64,000 bases of DNA from a virus, in IMG/VR virus record IMGVR_UViG_3300025646_005470. One strand, written 5' to 3'. The notes under the pieces were generated by a model, which worked only from the letters and a program-made list of their open reading frames with translations, was not told the DNA's origin and searched no databases. Made by a program: the position numbers and the translations under genes. Positions within the stretch are counted from its first letter, which is position 1; each line of letters opens with the position of its first letter. This document shows positions 48,412-57,391 of the stretch, one piece after another.

Positions 48412-48756
48412 TTAACCCCTTCTTGTTTTCTTTTTTGGAGAAATACCAAATTCTTCCATATCACGTTCACGTCTTAGTTTTGCCGCTCTACGTATTGCAC
48501 GTTTTTTATCTTCACGTTTTACAAAAGAAGGTTTTGAATAGTATCTTCTATCACGAAGTTCTTGCATTACTCCTTCTTTTAATAACATTTTTTTAAGTTT
48601 ACGCATGGCACGTTCAACATTGTTATCTACAACTGCTACTGCCATTCCTGGTAACTTTGGAGGACGTGGTTTTCTATTATCTTTTCCATCACGTTTTGTA
48701 TAGCCAATATCAAATGACTTTACATCATATTTTTGTCTAGGTTTTGAAGTTTTCAT
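48412..48756 (-). CDS. rpsU: 30S ribosomal protein bS21 with N-terminal extension
   Basis: VAVVDNNVERAMRKLKK...ELRDRRYYSKPS; ATG 8 nt after TTGACA-17-TATTAT (48765-48793). Confidence 0.9.
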   Translation of the reverse strand: MKTSKPRQKYDVKSFDIGYTKRDGKDNRKPRPPKLPGMAVAVVDNNVERAMRKLKKMLLKEGVMQELRDRRYYSKPSFVKREDKKRAIRRAAKLRRERDMEEFGISPKKKTRRG

Positions 48757-48788
48757 AATAGTTTATAATAGCATCATTAAAATATTTG

Positions 48789-49343
48789 TCAACTCTTTTT
48801 TACATCACTATCTTTAGTGATAACTGCAAGGATTTTATTTCCTAGTTGTTTTGGAGAAGAATCAAACTTAGTATTATTCAGTTTTTTCATAATCATATTT
48901 ACTTGATCAATAAACATTTGACCATTTGGTATTTCTCTACCTTTTAGTTTCATTACTAATTTAACTTTATCTCCATCATCAATAAACTCTTGAGCTTTTT
49001 TAAGTTTTACATTAAGATCATGAACATCAATATTTGGCCTAAACTGTAGTTCACGTAATTCTACTCTATTTTGTCTTTCAAGTTTTTTCTTTTGCTTTTC
49101 TTTCTTTTGTTGTTCATAGTTCCATTTACTAAATTCTTGAATTTTACAAACAGGTGGATCTGCCTTAACTGTTGTACAAATTAAATCTAAACCTAATTCT
49201 TTGGCTTTTATTAGAGCAGTTCTACTATCAACTATTCCAATAAAAGCACCATTAGGGTCAATTAATCTAACTTGAGGGAATGTTATTGCTGAATTCAACA
49301 ACACACTTGGCTGAGCAAACTTATTGCGGAATGGTTTTTTCAC
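48789..49343 (-). CDS. infC: translation initiation factor IF-3
   Basis: QVRLID, GLDLI, PPVCKI, YEQQKK, ELQFRPNIDVHD, GDKVKL. Confidence 0.93.
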   Translation of the reverse strand: MKKPFRNKFAQPSVLLNSAITFPQVRLIDPNGAFIGIVDSRTALIKAKELGLDLICTTVKADPPVCKIQEFSKWNYEQQKKEKQKKKLERQNRVELRELQFRPNIDVHDLNVKLKKAQEFIDDGDKVKLVMKLKGREIPNGQMFIDQVNMIMKKLNNTKFDSSPKQLGNKILAVITKDSDVKKS

Positions 49344-50605
49344 TATGCTCCGTTTTTCTCCGCTTTGGTTTTATAAATTAGCATTGGTTGTTTTTCTTCT
49401 GAAATAACTTTATCACTAATTATAATTCGTTCAACACCTTGTGATTTAAGTGTTGGTAACTCATATTGTAATTGCAATAATATCTTTTCAAGCACAGAAC
49501 GTAAACCTCTTGCACCAATTTCTTTTTTAAGTGCTTCGCTGGCTACACAATCAATTGCTTCATCTGTAAACTCTAATTTAACACCATCTAATTTAAACAT
49601 TTTTTCAAACTGTTTTAGCACTGCATTTTTTGGCTTGACTAAAACTTGTTTTAAATCATCGTGTGTTAGATTATGACAAGCAACCACAACAGGTAATCTA
49701 CCTACCATTTCAGGTATTAAACCAAACTTAACAACATCATCTGGTTGTACTTTAGCAAGTATTTGATCTGTTTCTTCTTTGTTTTCAAAGTTTGACATAA
49801 ATCCCATAGATGAGTTTACATTTAATCTACGTTTGACAATTTCATCTAATCCAACAAATGCTCCGCCGCATACAAATAATATATTTGTAGTATCAACTTC
49901 AATCATTTCTTGTTGTGGATGTTTTCTACCGCCTTGTGGTGGAACTCTCACTACTGTACCTTCAAGTAACTTTAAAAGTGCTTGTTGCACACCCTCACCT
50001 GATACATCTCTTGTGATTGATGTATTTTCTGATTTTCTAGATTTTTTATCTATTTCATCAATGTACACAATACCTCTTTCAGCACGTTCAACATCAAAGT
50101 CACAACTTTGTAAAAGTCTTAGAATAATATTTTCTACATCATCACCAACATAACCACTTTCAGTCAGTGTTGTTGCATCCGCCTGGGCAAATGGCACATC
50201 TAAATAATCTGCAATTTTTTTAGCAAGTAATGTTTTACCGCAACCTGAAGGCCCAACTAGTAACACATTTGATTTTTCTAATTCAACACCATCTACAACA
50301 GGATGATTTAATCTTTTATAGTGATTATATACAGCAACACTTAGAACTTTTTTTGCTTGATCTTGACCAATAACATGGTCGTCTAAATGTAATTTTAATT
50401 CATCTGGTACAATTGTTTTTAGTGCTGTATTTACTTCACCTGTTTTCTTTTGATTAATATCATTTTCTTCTAAAATTGAATAACACAAATCTACGCACTC
50501 ATTACAAATATAAACTTTAGGTCCTGCAATAAGTTTCCTTACTTTAGCTCTTTCTTTTCCACAAAAAGAACAAGAGTATGAATCATCTTTTTTCTTGGTT
50601 GCCAT
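49343..50605 (-). CDS. clpX: ATP-dependent Clp protease ATPase subunit
   Basis: CSFCGK...CNEC Zn finger, [33 protein letters not shown]; substrate-side IGF loop reads MGF. Confidence 0.96.
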   Translation of the reverse strand: MATKKKDDSYSCSFCGKERAKVRKLIAGPKVYICNECVDLCYSILEENDINQKKTGEVNTALKTIVPDELKLHLDDHVIGQDQAKKVLSVAVYNHYKRLNHPVVDGVELEKSNVLLVGPSGCGKTLLAKKIADYLDVPFAQADATTLTESGYVGDDVENIILRLLQSCDFDVERAERGIVYIDEIDKKSRKSENTSITRDVSGEGVQQALLKLLEGTVVRVPPQGGRKHPQQEMIEVDTTNILFVCGGAFVGLDEIVKRRLNVNSSMGFMSNFENKEETDQILAKVQPDDVVKFGLIPEMVGRLPVVVACHNLTHDDLKQVLVKPKNAVLKQFEKMFKLDGVKLEFTDEAIDCVASEALKKEIGARGLRSVLEKILLQLQYELPTLKSQGVERIIISDKVISEEKQPMLIYKTKAEKNGA

Positions 50606-50959
50606 TTAATCCTTCTTATCTATTTTATTAACATAAGGTTTAATCCAACCAACTGATTTTGGTTTTTCTTTTGATTGCTTTAAACTTTCGTTTTTCATTG
50701 TTTTATTTATAATAACACGATTTGCGTCAATGTCAATCTCTTTTTTGAATTCTTTCATATTTACTTTAATATCTTCTCGAAACTTCATTATAACTTCTGG
50801 CCTTCCCATAAGTTGATTTAATTCAACTTTGTCTTTTGGTTTAATATTAATTTCTTCAACTTTTATTTGTTTGTGGGCTATCTCTTGAGGCTTTTCATAT
50901 TTTGGAAGTTTAATATTGTCTTGAATAGATAGATTTATACTATCCTTATTCTCTAGTCT
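50606..50959 (-). CDS. open frame continuing the 50953-52314 protein after a -1 shift at an A9 tract
   Basis: Track ORF 50606-50809 stays open for 50 more codons, without an ATG, back to the A9 run at 50959-50967. Confidence 0.55.
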   Translation of the reverse strand, partial: RLENKDSINLSIQDNIKLPKYEKPQEIAHKQIKVEEINIKPKDKVELNQLMGRPEVIMKFREDIKVNMKEFKKEIDIDANRVIINKTMKNESLKQSKEKPKSVGWIKPYVNKIDKKD

Positions 50960-52314
50960 TTTTTTTTCTTAACTTGATCGTTTGATTTAACCTTAACTGT
51001 TTCATCAATATTAATCACAGTTTTTTCTGGTTTATCTTCTAGACTTTTTTGATAATCTAATTGTTCTTGTAGTTCTTGTTCTGCTTGTGATAGTTTTTCA
51101 CGAAATTCATCTAATTCTTTTTCATGTCTTTTTTTTAAATTATCAACTTCTTTTTGATTATCATCTGTTTTAGAATATTTTTTTACTAGTTCTGGATCAT
51201 ATTGTTTTTCAAACCCTCTACCAAAACGTCTAATAAATGACATATTAGCCGCAATTAAAAGCAACACAGCAAGTGGATCAAACACAAATATAATAATGAT
51301 AATGACCCAACGCACTGCTTTTTCTAATAGATCTTTATCAGCTTCTTGACCATAAACAAACTCTGCGATGTATTTTAATGGGCCTACTTCGACTTCTAGT
51401 TTTTGCTGTTCCATTACTAACACAAGTTTGTCTTCATTTACTATGTTCATTTTTTCTTGTTCTTCTTCAATAAAAGTTTCTAATTCAATAATTTTAGTAT
51501 CGATGTTTTCTGTTTTAACATTTGCTTCTGACCTTAATGATGTAATTGTTGCATTTATATCTGCTATTTGATCTGCATATTTTGTATCAACACCAGCAAG
51601 ATTAATTTTAAGTTGATCTTGTATTTCTACTATAATTTTTTGTGCCGCTGATGCTACAGCAAGTTCATTTGCTGTGGCTTTTGCTATTGCTTCGTCTAAA
51701 CCTTTTTTACTAAATGCACCTTTGTAGCGTTCTTGTGCCGCGGCTATGTCGGCATCTTTACGTTCTTTTGCTTGTTGAATTCTATCCTGTTGTAGTTGAA
51801 TTTCTTTGTCTGCTTGTTGTGTTAGTGTATCTTTTTCTTCTTTTATTCTAGCATATATGTTTGCTAGTTCTTCATTCTGTTTATCAATAAGTATATCAAC
51901 ACGAACATTTTCACCACTGTTAAGTCTTGCAATTTCATTTGACCATCTTTCAATTTTATTTTGAGAACGTAAAAGTTTTTCTTCAATTTGATTGAGTTGT
52001 AGTGTTTGTGTTGAGCCTAGCGATGACTGTTCAACGTGTGCTTTTGATAAGAAACCAAAAATACCCATTGATGTAATAAACATCAATACAACCACCGCCG
52101 CACTTAAATATGACCTAATTAGTTTAGGTGCTATTTTCCAGTTTTGATATAACCATGAGGCTGTAACTAATTTACCTACTTCAAGTACAGTTCCCATAAT
52201 CATAATAGGAATTGCCGCCGCGGCGAAGATAGCCGCCAAGCCTGCAATTGAATAGTAAATTGCTACCGCTGAAATGCTTAATGCAGTCAGCAATGTTATT
52301 ATTGCCATGAACAT
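50953..52314 (-). CDS. membrane-anchored coiled-coil protein (DUF4407-like)
   Basis: Three N-terminal TM helices (FGFLSKAH), long coiled coil, IIIFVFDPLAVLLL; CATAAATA 5 nt upstream. Confidence 0.7.
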   Translation of the reverse strand: MFMAIITLLTALSISAVAIYYSIAGLAAIFAAAAIPIMIMGTVLEVGKLVTASWLYQNWKIAPKLIRSYLSAAVVVLMFITSMGIFGFLSKAHVEQSSLGSTQTLQLNQIEEKLLRSQNKIERWSNEIARLNSGENVRVDILIDKQNEELANIYARIKEEKDTLTQQADKEIQLQQDRIQQAKERKDADIAAAQERYKGAFSKKGLDEAIAKATANELAVASAAQKIIVEIQDQLKINLAGVDTKYADQIADINATITSLRSEANVKTENIDTKIIELETFIEEEQEKMNIVNEDKLVLVMEQQKLEVEVGPLKYIAEFVYGQEADKDLLEKAVRWVIIIIIFVFDPLAVLLLIAANMSFIRRFGRGFEKQYDPELVKKYSKTDDNQKEVDNLKKRHEKELDEFREKLSQAEQELQEQLDYQKSLEDKPEKTVINIDETVKVKSNDQVKKKKD

Positions 52315-52338
52315 ACTATTATTTATGTGAAAAAATTG

Positions 52339-52965
52339 TTATTTTGATATCCAAATATATCCTTGTCCCCAAGGTTTAGATTTAAAAGTTTTACTGACTT
52401 TTTCGTGTAGTTGTTGTTGAGTGCCGTATGTACTAACACACAATACCCCATCATCGTTAATATATTTCATCCAATAATTAATTTGCTCAAGATTTAAATC
52501 AACTTTATAGGTTATATTAATTACTCCTAGATCATATTTTATTGGCCAATCAAAATTTAACGGTGAATGACACAATATAGGAATTGCTTTTTTATTTTCT
52601 TTTATTGCTTCTGCTAATATATTAAAATCATATTTGCCATGATACTTTTCAGGTATTCTTTTCTTAACACTTGATTTCCAGTCTGGATTCGGTTTATCAC
52701 CTTGTGCCCAACAATTTGTGTCTAATTTTAATGTATCTGCAACTTCTTGAGGGAGTATATCATGTTGATCTGTTTGAGAAGATTCTAAATGTGTTAAATC
52801 GTGTGGAGATTGAAAAGTAAAAATTCGTGCATCTTCATTGGTGTTATCAGAAATATATTTTGTCCAGCCAGCATAGTACGTTCCAATTTCAATTATTGTT
52901 TTTGGATTTCGCTTTAACAGTTCATCAAGCATATCCCATTTTGGAAATACAGCAATACTAGACAT
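52339..52965 (-). CDS. class I SAM-dependent methyltransferase-like protein
   Basis: IIEIGTYYAGWT; DLGVI; DDGVL. Confidence 0.5.
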   Translation of the reverse strand: MSSIAVFPKWDMLDELLKRNPKTIIEIGTYYAGWTKYISDNTNEDARIFTFQSPHDLTHLESSQTDQHDILPQEVADTLKLDTNCWAQGDKPNPDWKSSVKKRIPEKYHGKYDFNILAEAIKENKKAIPILCHSPLNFDWPIKYDLGVINITYKVDLNLEQINYWMKYINDDGVLCVSTYGTQQQLHEKVSKTFKSKPWGQGYIWISK

Positions 52966-52968
52966 AAA

Positions 52969-53421
52969 TTACTCAATACTGTAAATGGCTGAGTTGGCTC
53001 CGTGTTCTGCACATTCAACACTTACACAATAGCAACGATTGTTTGTTGCTTCTCTGATCAATCCATCTGCATAGTTAAAAGCATGTTCGGCAAATTTCTC
53101 TGCGCCAACACCATCAAAAATTCTAATTTCTGCTAGATCTAATTTTTCTAATTCTCTAAACTTTTCAAGATGTGGATCGTTTTTATCGAGTGCAAGTTTA
53201 TGATCAAAGTGATCTTCTAACCATTTTTTTAGTGGTTTAAGTCCACCAAAATCTACTGCCCAGTTTTTGTTGTCTAAATGATCACAACCAAAAGTAAATT
53301 TAAATTGTAAACTGTATCCATGTAACAAGTGGCAGTGCGAATGGTCTGCGTTTGGTTGTCTAAACACTGCTGACAGTCCTATGTTGTGTCCATAGGTTTT
53401 TGTACTATAATGTTTTGCCAT
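52969..53421 (-). CDS. queD: 6-carboxytetrahydropterin synthase (QueD/PTPS)
   Basis: HSHCHLLHGYS, VDFGGL, FDHK, AEKFA, VECAE. Confidence 0.88.
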   Translation of the reverse strand: MAKHYSTKTYGHNIGLSAVFRQPNADHSHCHLLHGYSLQFKFTFGCDHLDNKNWAVDFGGLKPLKKWLEDHFDHKLALDKNDPHLEKFRELEKLDLAEIRIFDGVGAEKFAEHAFNYADGLIREATNNRCYCVSVECAEHGANSAIYSIE

Positions 53422-53507
53422 AAAGGTCTCCTGTTTCTAACGGCAGAGTGTTTAGTGAGGGTTGACGTTTAGTCCTCATATGCAAAGTGCGTTGTAGCAT
53501 AGTGTTT

Positions 53508-53536
53508 ATAATACACTAAACAACGCACCTTGTCAA
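53508..53536 (-). promoter_or_regulatory. sigma70 promoter of queD inside a nested inverted repeat
   Basis: TTGACA-17-TATTAT; GTGCGTTGT/ACAACGCAC and AGTGT/ACACT arms centred on the -10 box. Confidence 0.75.
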
Positions 53537-53539
53537 GAA

Positions 53540-53818
53540 GATTACTTATGTGGGTTAAAATCCTTTGATATTTGGGATTCAGAACCCTTAAAGTAGTGTT
53601 TTGATGGTTCGTAGGATAACCATCTTTTAAATCGCTTCACACGATCCGACTGGCCGGCCGGATTTTTTAATGACCGTTGCTGTTTGTTAAAAACAGCATT
53701 AAGCATTAGGATCCCGTCGCCCATGGATCTAAAAATCTTTTCCATAGACTTCTCCAAATTGTTAAGTTAGGATCGCTTACCGTCTTTTGATGTAATCTGA
53801 GGCGTTAGGCTTTCTACC
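53540..53818 (-). ncRNA. candidate structured ncRNA, family not recognised
   Basis: Five local helices and two long-range helices in ~280 nt, downstream of a terminator and a TATAAGTA late-promoter variant (53824-53831). Confidence 0.55.
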
Positions 53819-53842
53819 AATTGTACTTATATTTTTAGTGGT

Positions 53843-53869
53843 AAAAGAAGCCCGTTATAGGCTTCTTTT
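53843..53869 (-). terminator. intrinsic terminator (symmetrical)
   Basis: AAAAGAAGCC-7-GGCTTCTTTT. Confidence 0.85.
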
Positions 53870-54042
53870 TAATTATAAAATTTTTGATATAATGAACGAT
53901 ATCTTCCACCGTTGAACTGACCTCTGTCAAGCTCACGTTGGCGTCTTTCAAGATCATAATGATCTTGAGATTGTGCTAGATACTGCTCTTGCCAGTTTGT
54001 TGCTGACTTACCAAATAATGCGTTTAAAATTTGTCTAATCAT
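53869..54042 (-). CDS. 57 aa DUF3563-like protein (not in ORF track)
   Basis: MIRQILNALFG...EQYLAQSQDHYDLERRQRELDR. Confidence 0.65.
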   Translation of the reverse strand: MIRQILNALFGKSATNWQEQYLAQSQDHYDLERRQRELDRGQFNGGRYRSLYQKFYN

Positions 54043-54188
54043 TATGGTCTAAGTCCTTTCTTTAGTTGCTCATATGCGTACTGTGGATTGTTTCTATATT
54101 CTGTTGTTGCTAGTATCCATAAAGGATCACTACCTTTTTCTTCACTAGGTGCAAAAAATATATCAAACACTCTTTTTAGTTTTTTCAT
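54042..54188 (-). CDS. 48 aa hypothetical protein (not in ORF track)
   Basis: MKKLKRVFDIFF...WILATTEYRNNPQYAY; TAGATG and TAATG coupling. Confidence 0.6.
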   Translation of the reverse strand: MKKLKRVFDIFFAPSEEKGSDPLWILATTEYRNNPQYAYEQLKKGLRP

Positions 54189-54254
54189 CTACTTCTTTCC
54201 TTGCTTTTTGGGTTTACTAAGTTCTACCCATTCTTCGTATGTGTAAGGCCACAT
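54189..54254 (-). CDS. 21 aa peptide (not in ORF track)
   Basis: MWPYTYEEWVELSKPKKQGKK; AAGGAG SD; coupled to next ATG. Confidence 0.55.
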   Translation of the reverse strand: MWPYTYEEWVELSKPKKQGKK

Positions 54255-54386
54255 GTTAATTCTCCTTAATGTTAAGTTAAATATCTTTTGGAATTTTATT
54301 ACCGCAGATATTTATATCTATTATACAGCAAAAAATGTAAATTTTAAGTGTTTTTACAGCAGGTTAGATATGCAGTTTTGCTACAA

Positions 54387-54809
54387 CTACTCTTGAACTT
54401 TTATGCCCATAGAACGACATGATCCTTCTACCTGTGCCATTGCTTGTTCTACAGTAAAAGCATTCATGTCTTCCATTTTGTCTTCAGCAATTTTTCTAAT
54501 CTGATCTTTAGTAATTTGTTTGATAGTAGATCTACCTGGAGTTCTACCACCTTTTGATAACCCAACTGCTTTTAATATATAATATGTAACAGGTGGTTTC
54601 TTAAGAACAAAAGAAAAACTTTTGTCTTTATAAACACTAATCAAACATGGAATAGGACCTTCCATGCCTTTTGTTTTATCGTTGAACTGTTTACAGAATT
54701 CCATGATCTGTATACCACGTTGTCCAAGAGCTGGTCCTACAGGTGGAGCAGGTTTTGCCTGTCCGGCTTCTATTACTAATTTTAAAGTCCCAATGACTTC
54801 TTTAGCCAT
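54387..54809 (-). CDS. rplK: 50S ribosomal protein uL11 (phage-encoded)
   Basis: [39 protein letters not shown]; GGAGG SD; rplA absent. Confidence 0.95.
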   Translation of the reverse strand: MAKEVIGTLKLVIEAGQAKPAPPVGPALGQRGIQIMEFCKQFNDKTKGMEGPIPCLISVYKDKSFSFVLKKPPVTYYILKAVGLSKGGRTPGRSTIKQITKDQIRKIAEDKMEDMNAFTVEQAMAQVEGSCRSMGIKVQE

Positions 54810-54822
54810 AAACCTCCGTTTG

Positions 54823-55062
54823 TTATGCTGATTCGTTATTTGATTCAGTAGTTGCTTCACCTAAAACTTTTAAGTGTGTTGCAACAGGCTTGCCTTTGTG
54901 TTCAGCAACAGTATATTCCATTGCTTGACCTTGATCAATTTTTGTTATGCCAGCATCTTTAAATGCAGAAACATGAACAAACACATCATTGCCGCCTTCA
55001 TCTGGTACTATGAAGCCAAATCCTTTTGCCGCATTATACCATTTTAATTTACCTGTACTCAT
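54823..55062 (-). CDS. cspA: cold-shock protein
   Basis: [20 protein letters not shown]. Confidence 0.95.
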   Translation of the reverse strand: MSTGKLKWYNAAKGFGFIVPDEGGNDVFVHVSAFKDAGITKIDQGQAMEYTVAEHKGKPVATHLKVLGEATTESNNESA

Positions 55063-55292
55063 CTGTACTCCTTGTTGTAGTATACTTTGTAAGCACCATT
55101 TGTAGGCAGTAGCTCACATTCTTTTAAACTATCGTTACCTTCAACCCATAGTTCAAATTCTTCTTTGATCTTACCTTGTCCTGTAATTACAGTAACATAC
55201 TTAAGACCTTGATGCTTGTGTTCATGTACAAACTTTGTAAACTCTCTCCAAGCATCTTGTACATAATAACCATGTAAATCTAAACTAGCCAT
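55059..55292 (-). CDS. stand-alone Smr/MutS2 domain protein
   Basis: LDLHG...EF...VITGQG...NGAY; late promoter at 55306. Confidence 0.85.
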   Translation of the reverse strand: MASLDLHGYYVQDAWREFTKFVHEHKHQGLKYVTVITGQGKIKEEFELWVEGNDSLKECELLPTNGAYKVYYNKEYR

Positions 55293-55318
55293 TATATACT
55301 AACTTTATTTATAGTTTC

Positions 55319-55729
55319 CTATATCTTTCCAGCTTCCGTTAACTTTGTACGGTTTTTAAGATGTTGTTCTTGAACATCATCTTTGCTTTGTCCATTATAT
55401 AATACTGCGTAGCCTTCGTCAACCATTTTTTTATTAATGGTTGTATTTTCCCAGACTAGTTCTCCTAGTATACGGCCAAATTTTCCTGTTGCATCTTTGT
55501 GTGTTCTAAGTACTGCCATACTACCGGTTGGATAATGGTCTTTTAAATATTTTTTAGATAATAGTCCAAAACGTTTTTCTTCTAGATCTCTAGTTCTTGA
55601 TTCGGGAGTATCTATTCCTAATAATCGTACACGTTCTTTGTGTCTCCATATTCCAAATCCTAAATCAATATCTACATCAACAGTATCACCGTCTATTACT
55701 CTTAATATTTTACAACTATATTCGTGCAT
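55319..55729 (-). CDS. thermonuclease (SNase-like)
   Basis: VIDGDTV, RLLGIDTPE, GKFGRILG. Confidence 0.88.
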   Translation of the reverse strand: MHEYSCKILRVIDGDTVDVDIDLGFGIWRHKERVRLLGIDTPESRTRDLEEKRFGLLSKKYLKDHYPTGSMAVLRTHKDATGKFGRILGELVWENTTINKKMVDEGYAVLYNGQSKDDVQEQHLKNRTKLTEAGKI

Positions 55730-56453
55730 TTCTTTTTATGTTTCCTATTGTTTTTTTTATACTTTTGTTATATTCATGTTTTGCTTTTTTTAAATCAACT
55801 GTATTTAGTTGAGCTACAATATAATATACTGTTTGATCGCTCAAATTACGTGCTGTAAAATAATTTCCTGAATCAAGTTGAATTGCTGATCCAGATTCAG
55901 TTGGAATTTTACCAATGTAATCTTTATCTTTTAGTTTAGTTTTGTCCATTGGGTTTGGATTAAACATAACAACATCATAGTACTGTGGACTATTAAGTAA
56001 AAACTTTATTACATTAAAACTATGATGGTCAGTTTCTTTATTTTTATGAAGCTCAATATGTCCTTGAGGCTCTAGTGCCATTATCTCTATTTTTTCTTTT
56101 GACCCAAAATTATAATCTTTTGAAAAAACTTCTCTAAACCATTTTGTCATAGCAGGGCAACACTCTATTACTTTTTCATTCCATTCGCCATCATATGCTA
56201 TAATACTTTTCCAACCATGGCTGTATTCATTTTTATGTGGTTGAAAAAGATTAAATTTATCTAATCCTTTTATTTCATTTTCCCAAGTTTGCCAACTGTA
56301 GCCAATATCTAATTCAATCCAAGGAAAATTTTTAATTAAATTTTCATAATCATCTGATTCATTTATTTCGATAATTTTTTGAATCTTATAATGCTCTCTA
56401 TTAATTAATGGAAGAGACCAGATATCATTTCCTAGATAATCAGGGATAAACAT
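55716..56453 (-). CDS. cupin / aspartyl-asparaginyl beta-hydroxylase-like oxygenase
   Basis: GWKSI, MALEPQGHIELH; canonical HxD not clean. Confidence 0.5.
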   Translation of the reverse strand: MFIPDYLGNDIWSLPLINREHYKIQKIIEINESDDYENLIKNFPWIELDIGYSWQTWENEIKGLDKFNLFQPHKNEYSHGWKSIIAYDGEWNEKVIECCPAMTKWFREVFSKDYNFGSKEKIEIMALEPQGHIELHKNKETDHHSFNVIKFLLNSPQYYDVVMFNPNPMDKTKLKDKDYIGKIPTESGSAIQLDSGNYFTARNLSDQTVYYIVAQLNTVDLKKAKHEYNKSIKKTIGNIKRNARI

Positions 56454-56455
56454 TT

Positions 56456-56638
56456 TTATGTGTTTTGGAGTTCTGTTGTTGTTTCGATATCAGTAATTTT
56501 ATCTTTTAACCAGAGTTTGTGTTTTTTCATTACTGTAAGTTTATTGTCATCTACTTGATTTGTATCTAACATTTTTTCAATTGCTGTATGCAACTTTGCG
56601 TGTTGTTCTTTTAATTTCTCTAATTCAGAATTAGACAT
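56456..56638 (-). CDS. DUF465/YdcH-like small protein
   Basis: LKEQHAKLH...MKKHKLWLKDKI. Confidence 0.7.
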   Translation of the reverse strand: MSNSELEKLKEQHAKLHTAIEKMLDTNQVDDNKLTVMKKHKLWLKDKITDIETTTELQNT

Positions 56639-56639
56639 A

Positions 56640-56837
56640 TTATTCTGTATCCTCATCTTTGGATTCATTAATTGTTAATACAACTGTTGCACCATTGTTT
56701 TCAGATAACTCATAAACTAACTCTCCAGTTAATTCACCATTACCTAATTCACCAATATCATAGAGATATTGTGCAAATGCATCTACTACTTGTTGATTAG
56801 TTAAATTAAAAGTTTTTTTATTTTTATTTTTTGCCAT
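56640..56837 (-). CDS. hypothetical protein
   Basis: 65 aa; AGGA SD; GATAAATA upstream. Confidence 0.55.
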   Translation of the reverse strand: MAKNKNKKTFNLTNQQVVDAFAQYLYDIGELGNGELTGELVYELSENNGATVVLTINESKDEDTE

Positions 56838-56869
56838 TTTTGTACATCCTGCTCATTGTTATTTATCAA

Positions 56870-57361
56870 TTACAAATAATTTCTTATTTGAATTAACCTC
56901 AATAACATTTTTGTGTCCTCGTTAATATATAATGTTTGTAGTTTTTCAGCATATCGACATTTATCCATATACTCTTTATACTCACTATCTTTATCTTCTG
57001 TTGTATGCAACCATTCTTCTTTAAACTTACTATAAGTTGTATCTATATCTTTCCATGGATCAGTACGTTGTGTTCTAAGATCAACCCACCAATTATATAA
57101 TATTTTAATCTCTTGTAGTGCAGATTGATAATGTGGATCTTTAGATTTCTGTGCATATAGCCAATCTATACCTAATAAACCTTTTTCTTTACTTCTATAA
57201 GAAATATCGGGGCTACTAGTATATATTTGTGCAACATAGTATTCAACAAAATTTTGTAAGTGAGTAAAATTGTCATATAATATTTGATCACCTGTAGAAA
57301 TTGTTTCATCTTTATTAGGAACGGTATGAAACCACTGGCGAAGTATATTTACTAATGACAT
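56870..57361 (-). CDS. hypothetical protein
   Basis: ATG 5 nt after TTGATT-17-TATAAT (57367-57395). Confidence 0.6.
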   Translation of the reverse strand: MSLVNILRQWFHTVPNKDETISTGDQILYDNFTHLQNFVEYYVAQIYTSSPDISYRSKEKGLLGIDWLYAQKSKDPHYQSALQEIKILYNWWVDLRTQRTDPWKDIDTTYSKFKEEWLHTTEDKDSEYKEYMDKCRYAEKLQTLYINEDTKMLLRLIQIRNYL

Positions 57362-57391
57362 GATTTATTATAGCATATTAATTGATTTAAA

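Noticed and set aside
53540-53818. tmRNA, RNase P, 6S or group I intron identity for the structured RNA
   Set aside because: No TTCGA T-loop with acceptor stem or tag frame, no GAGGAAAGUC, no single long 6S hairpin, no P7 signature; CTACCA at 53814 is on the wrong strand.
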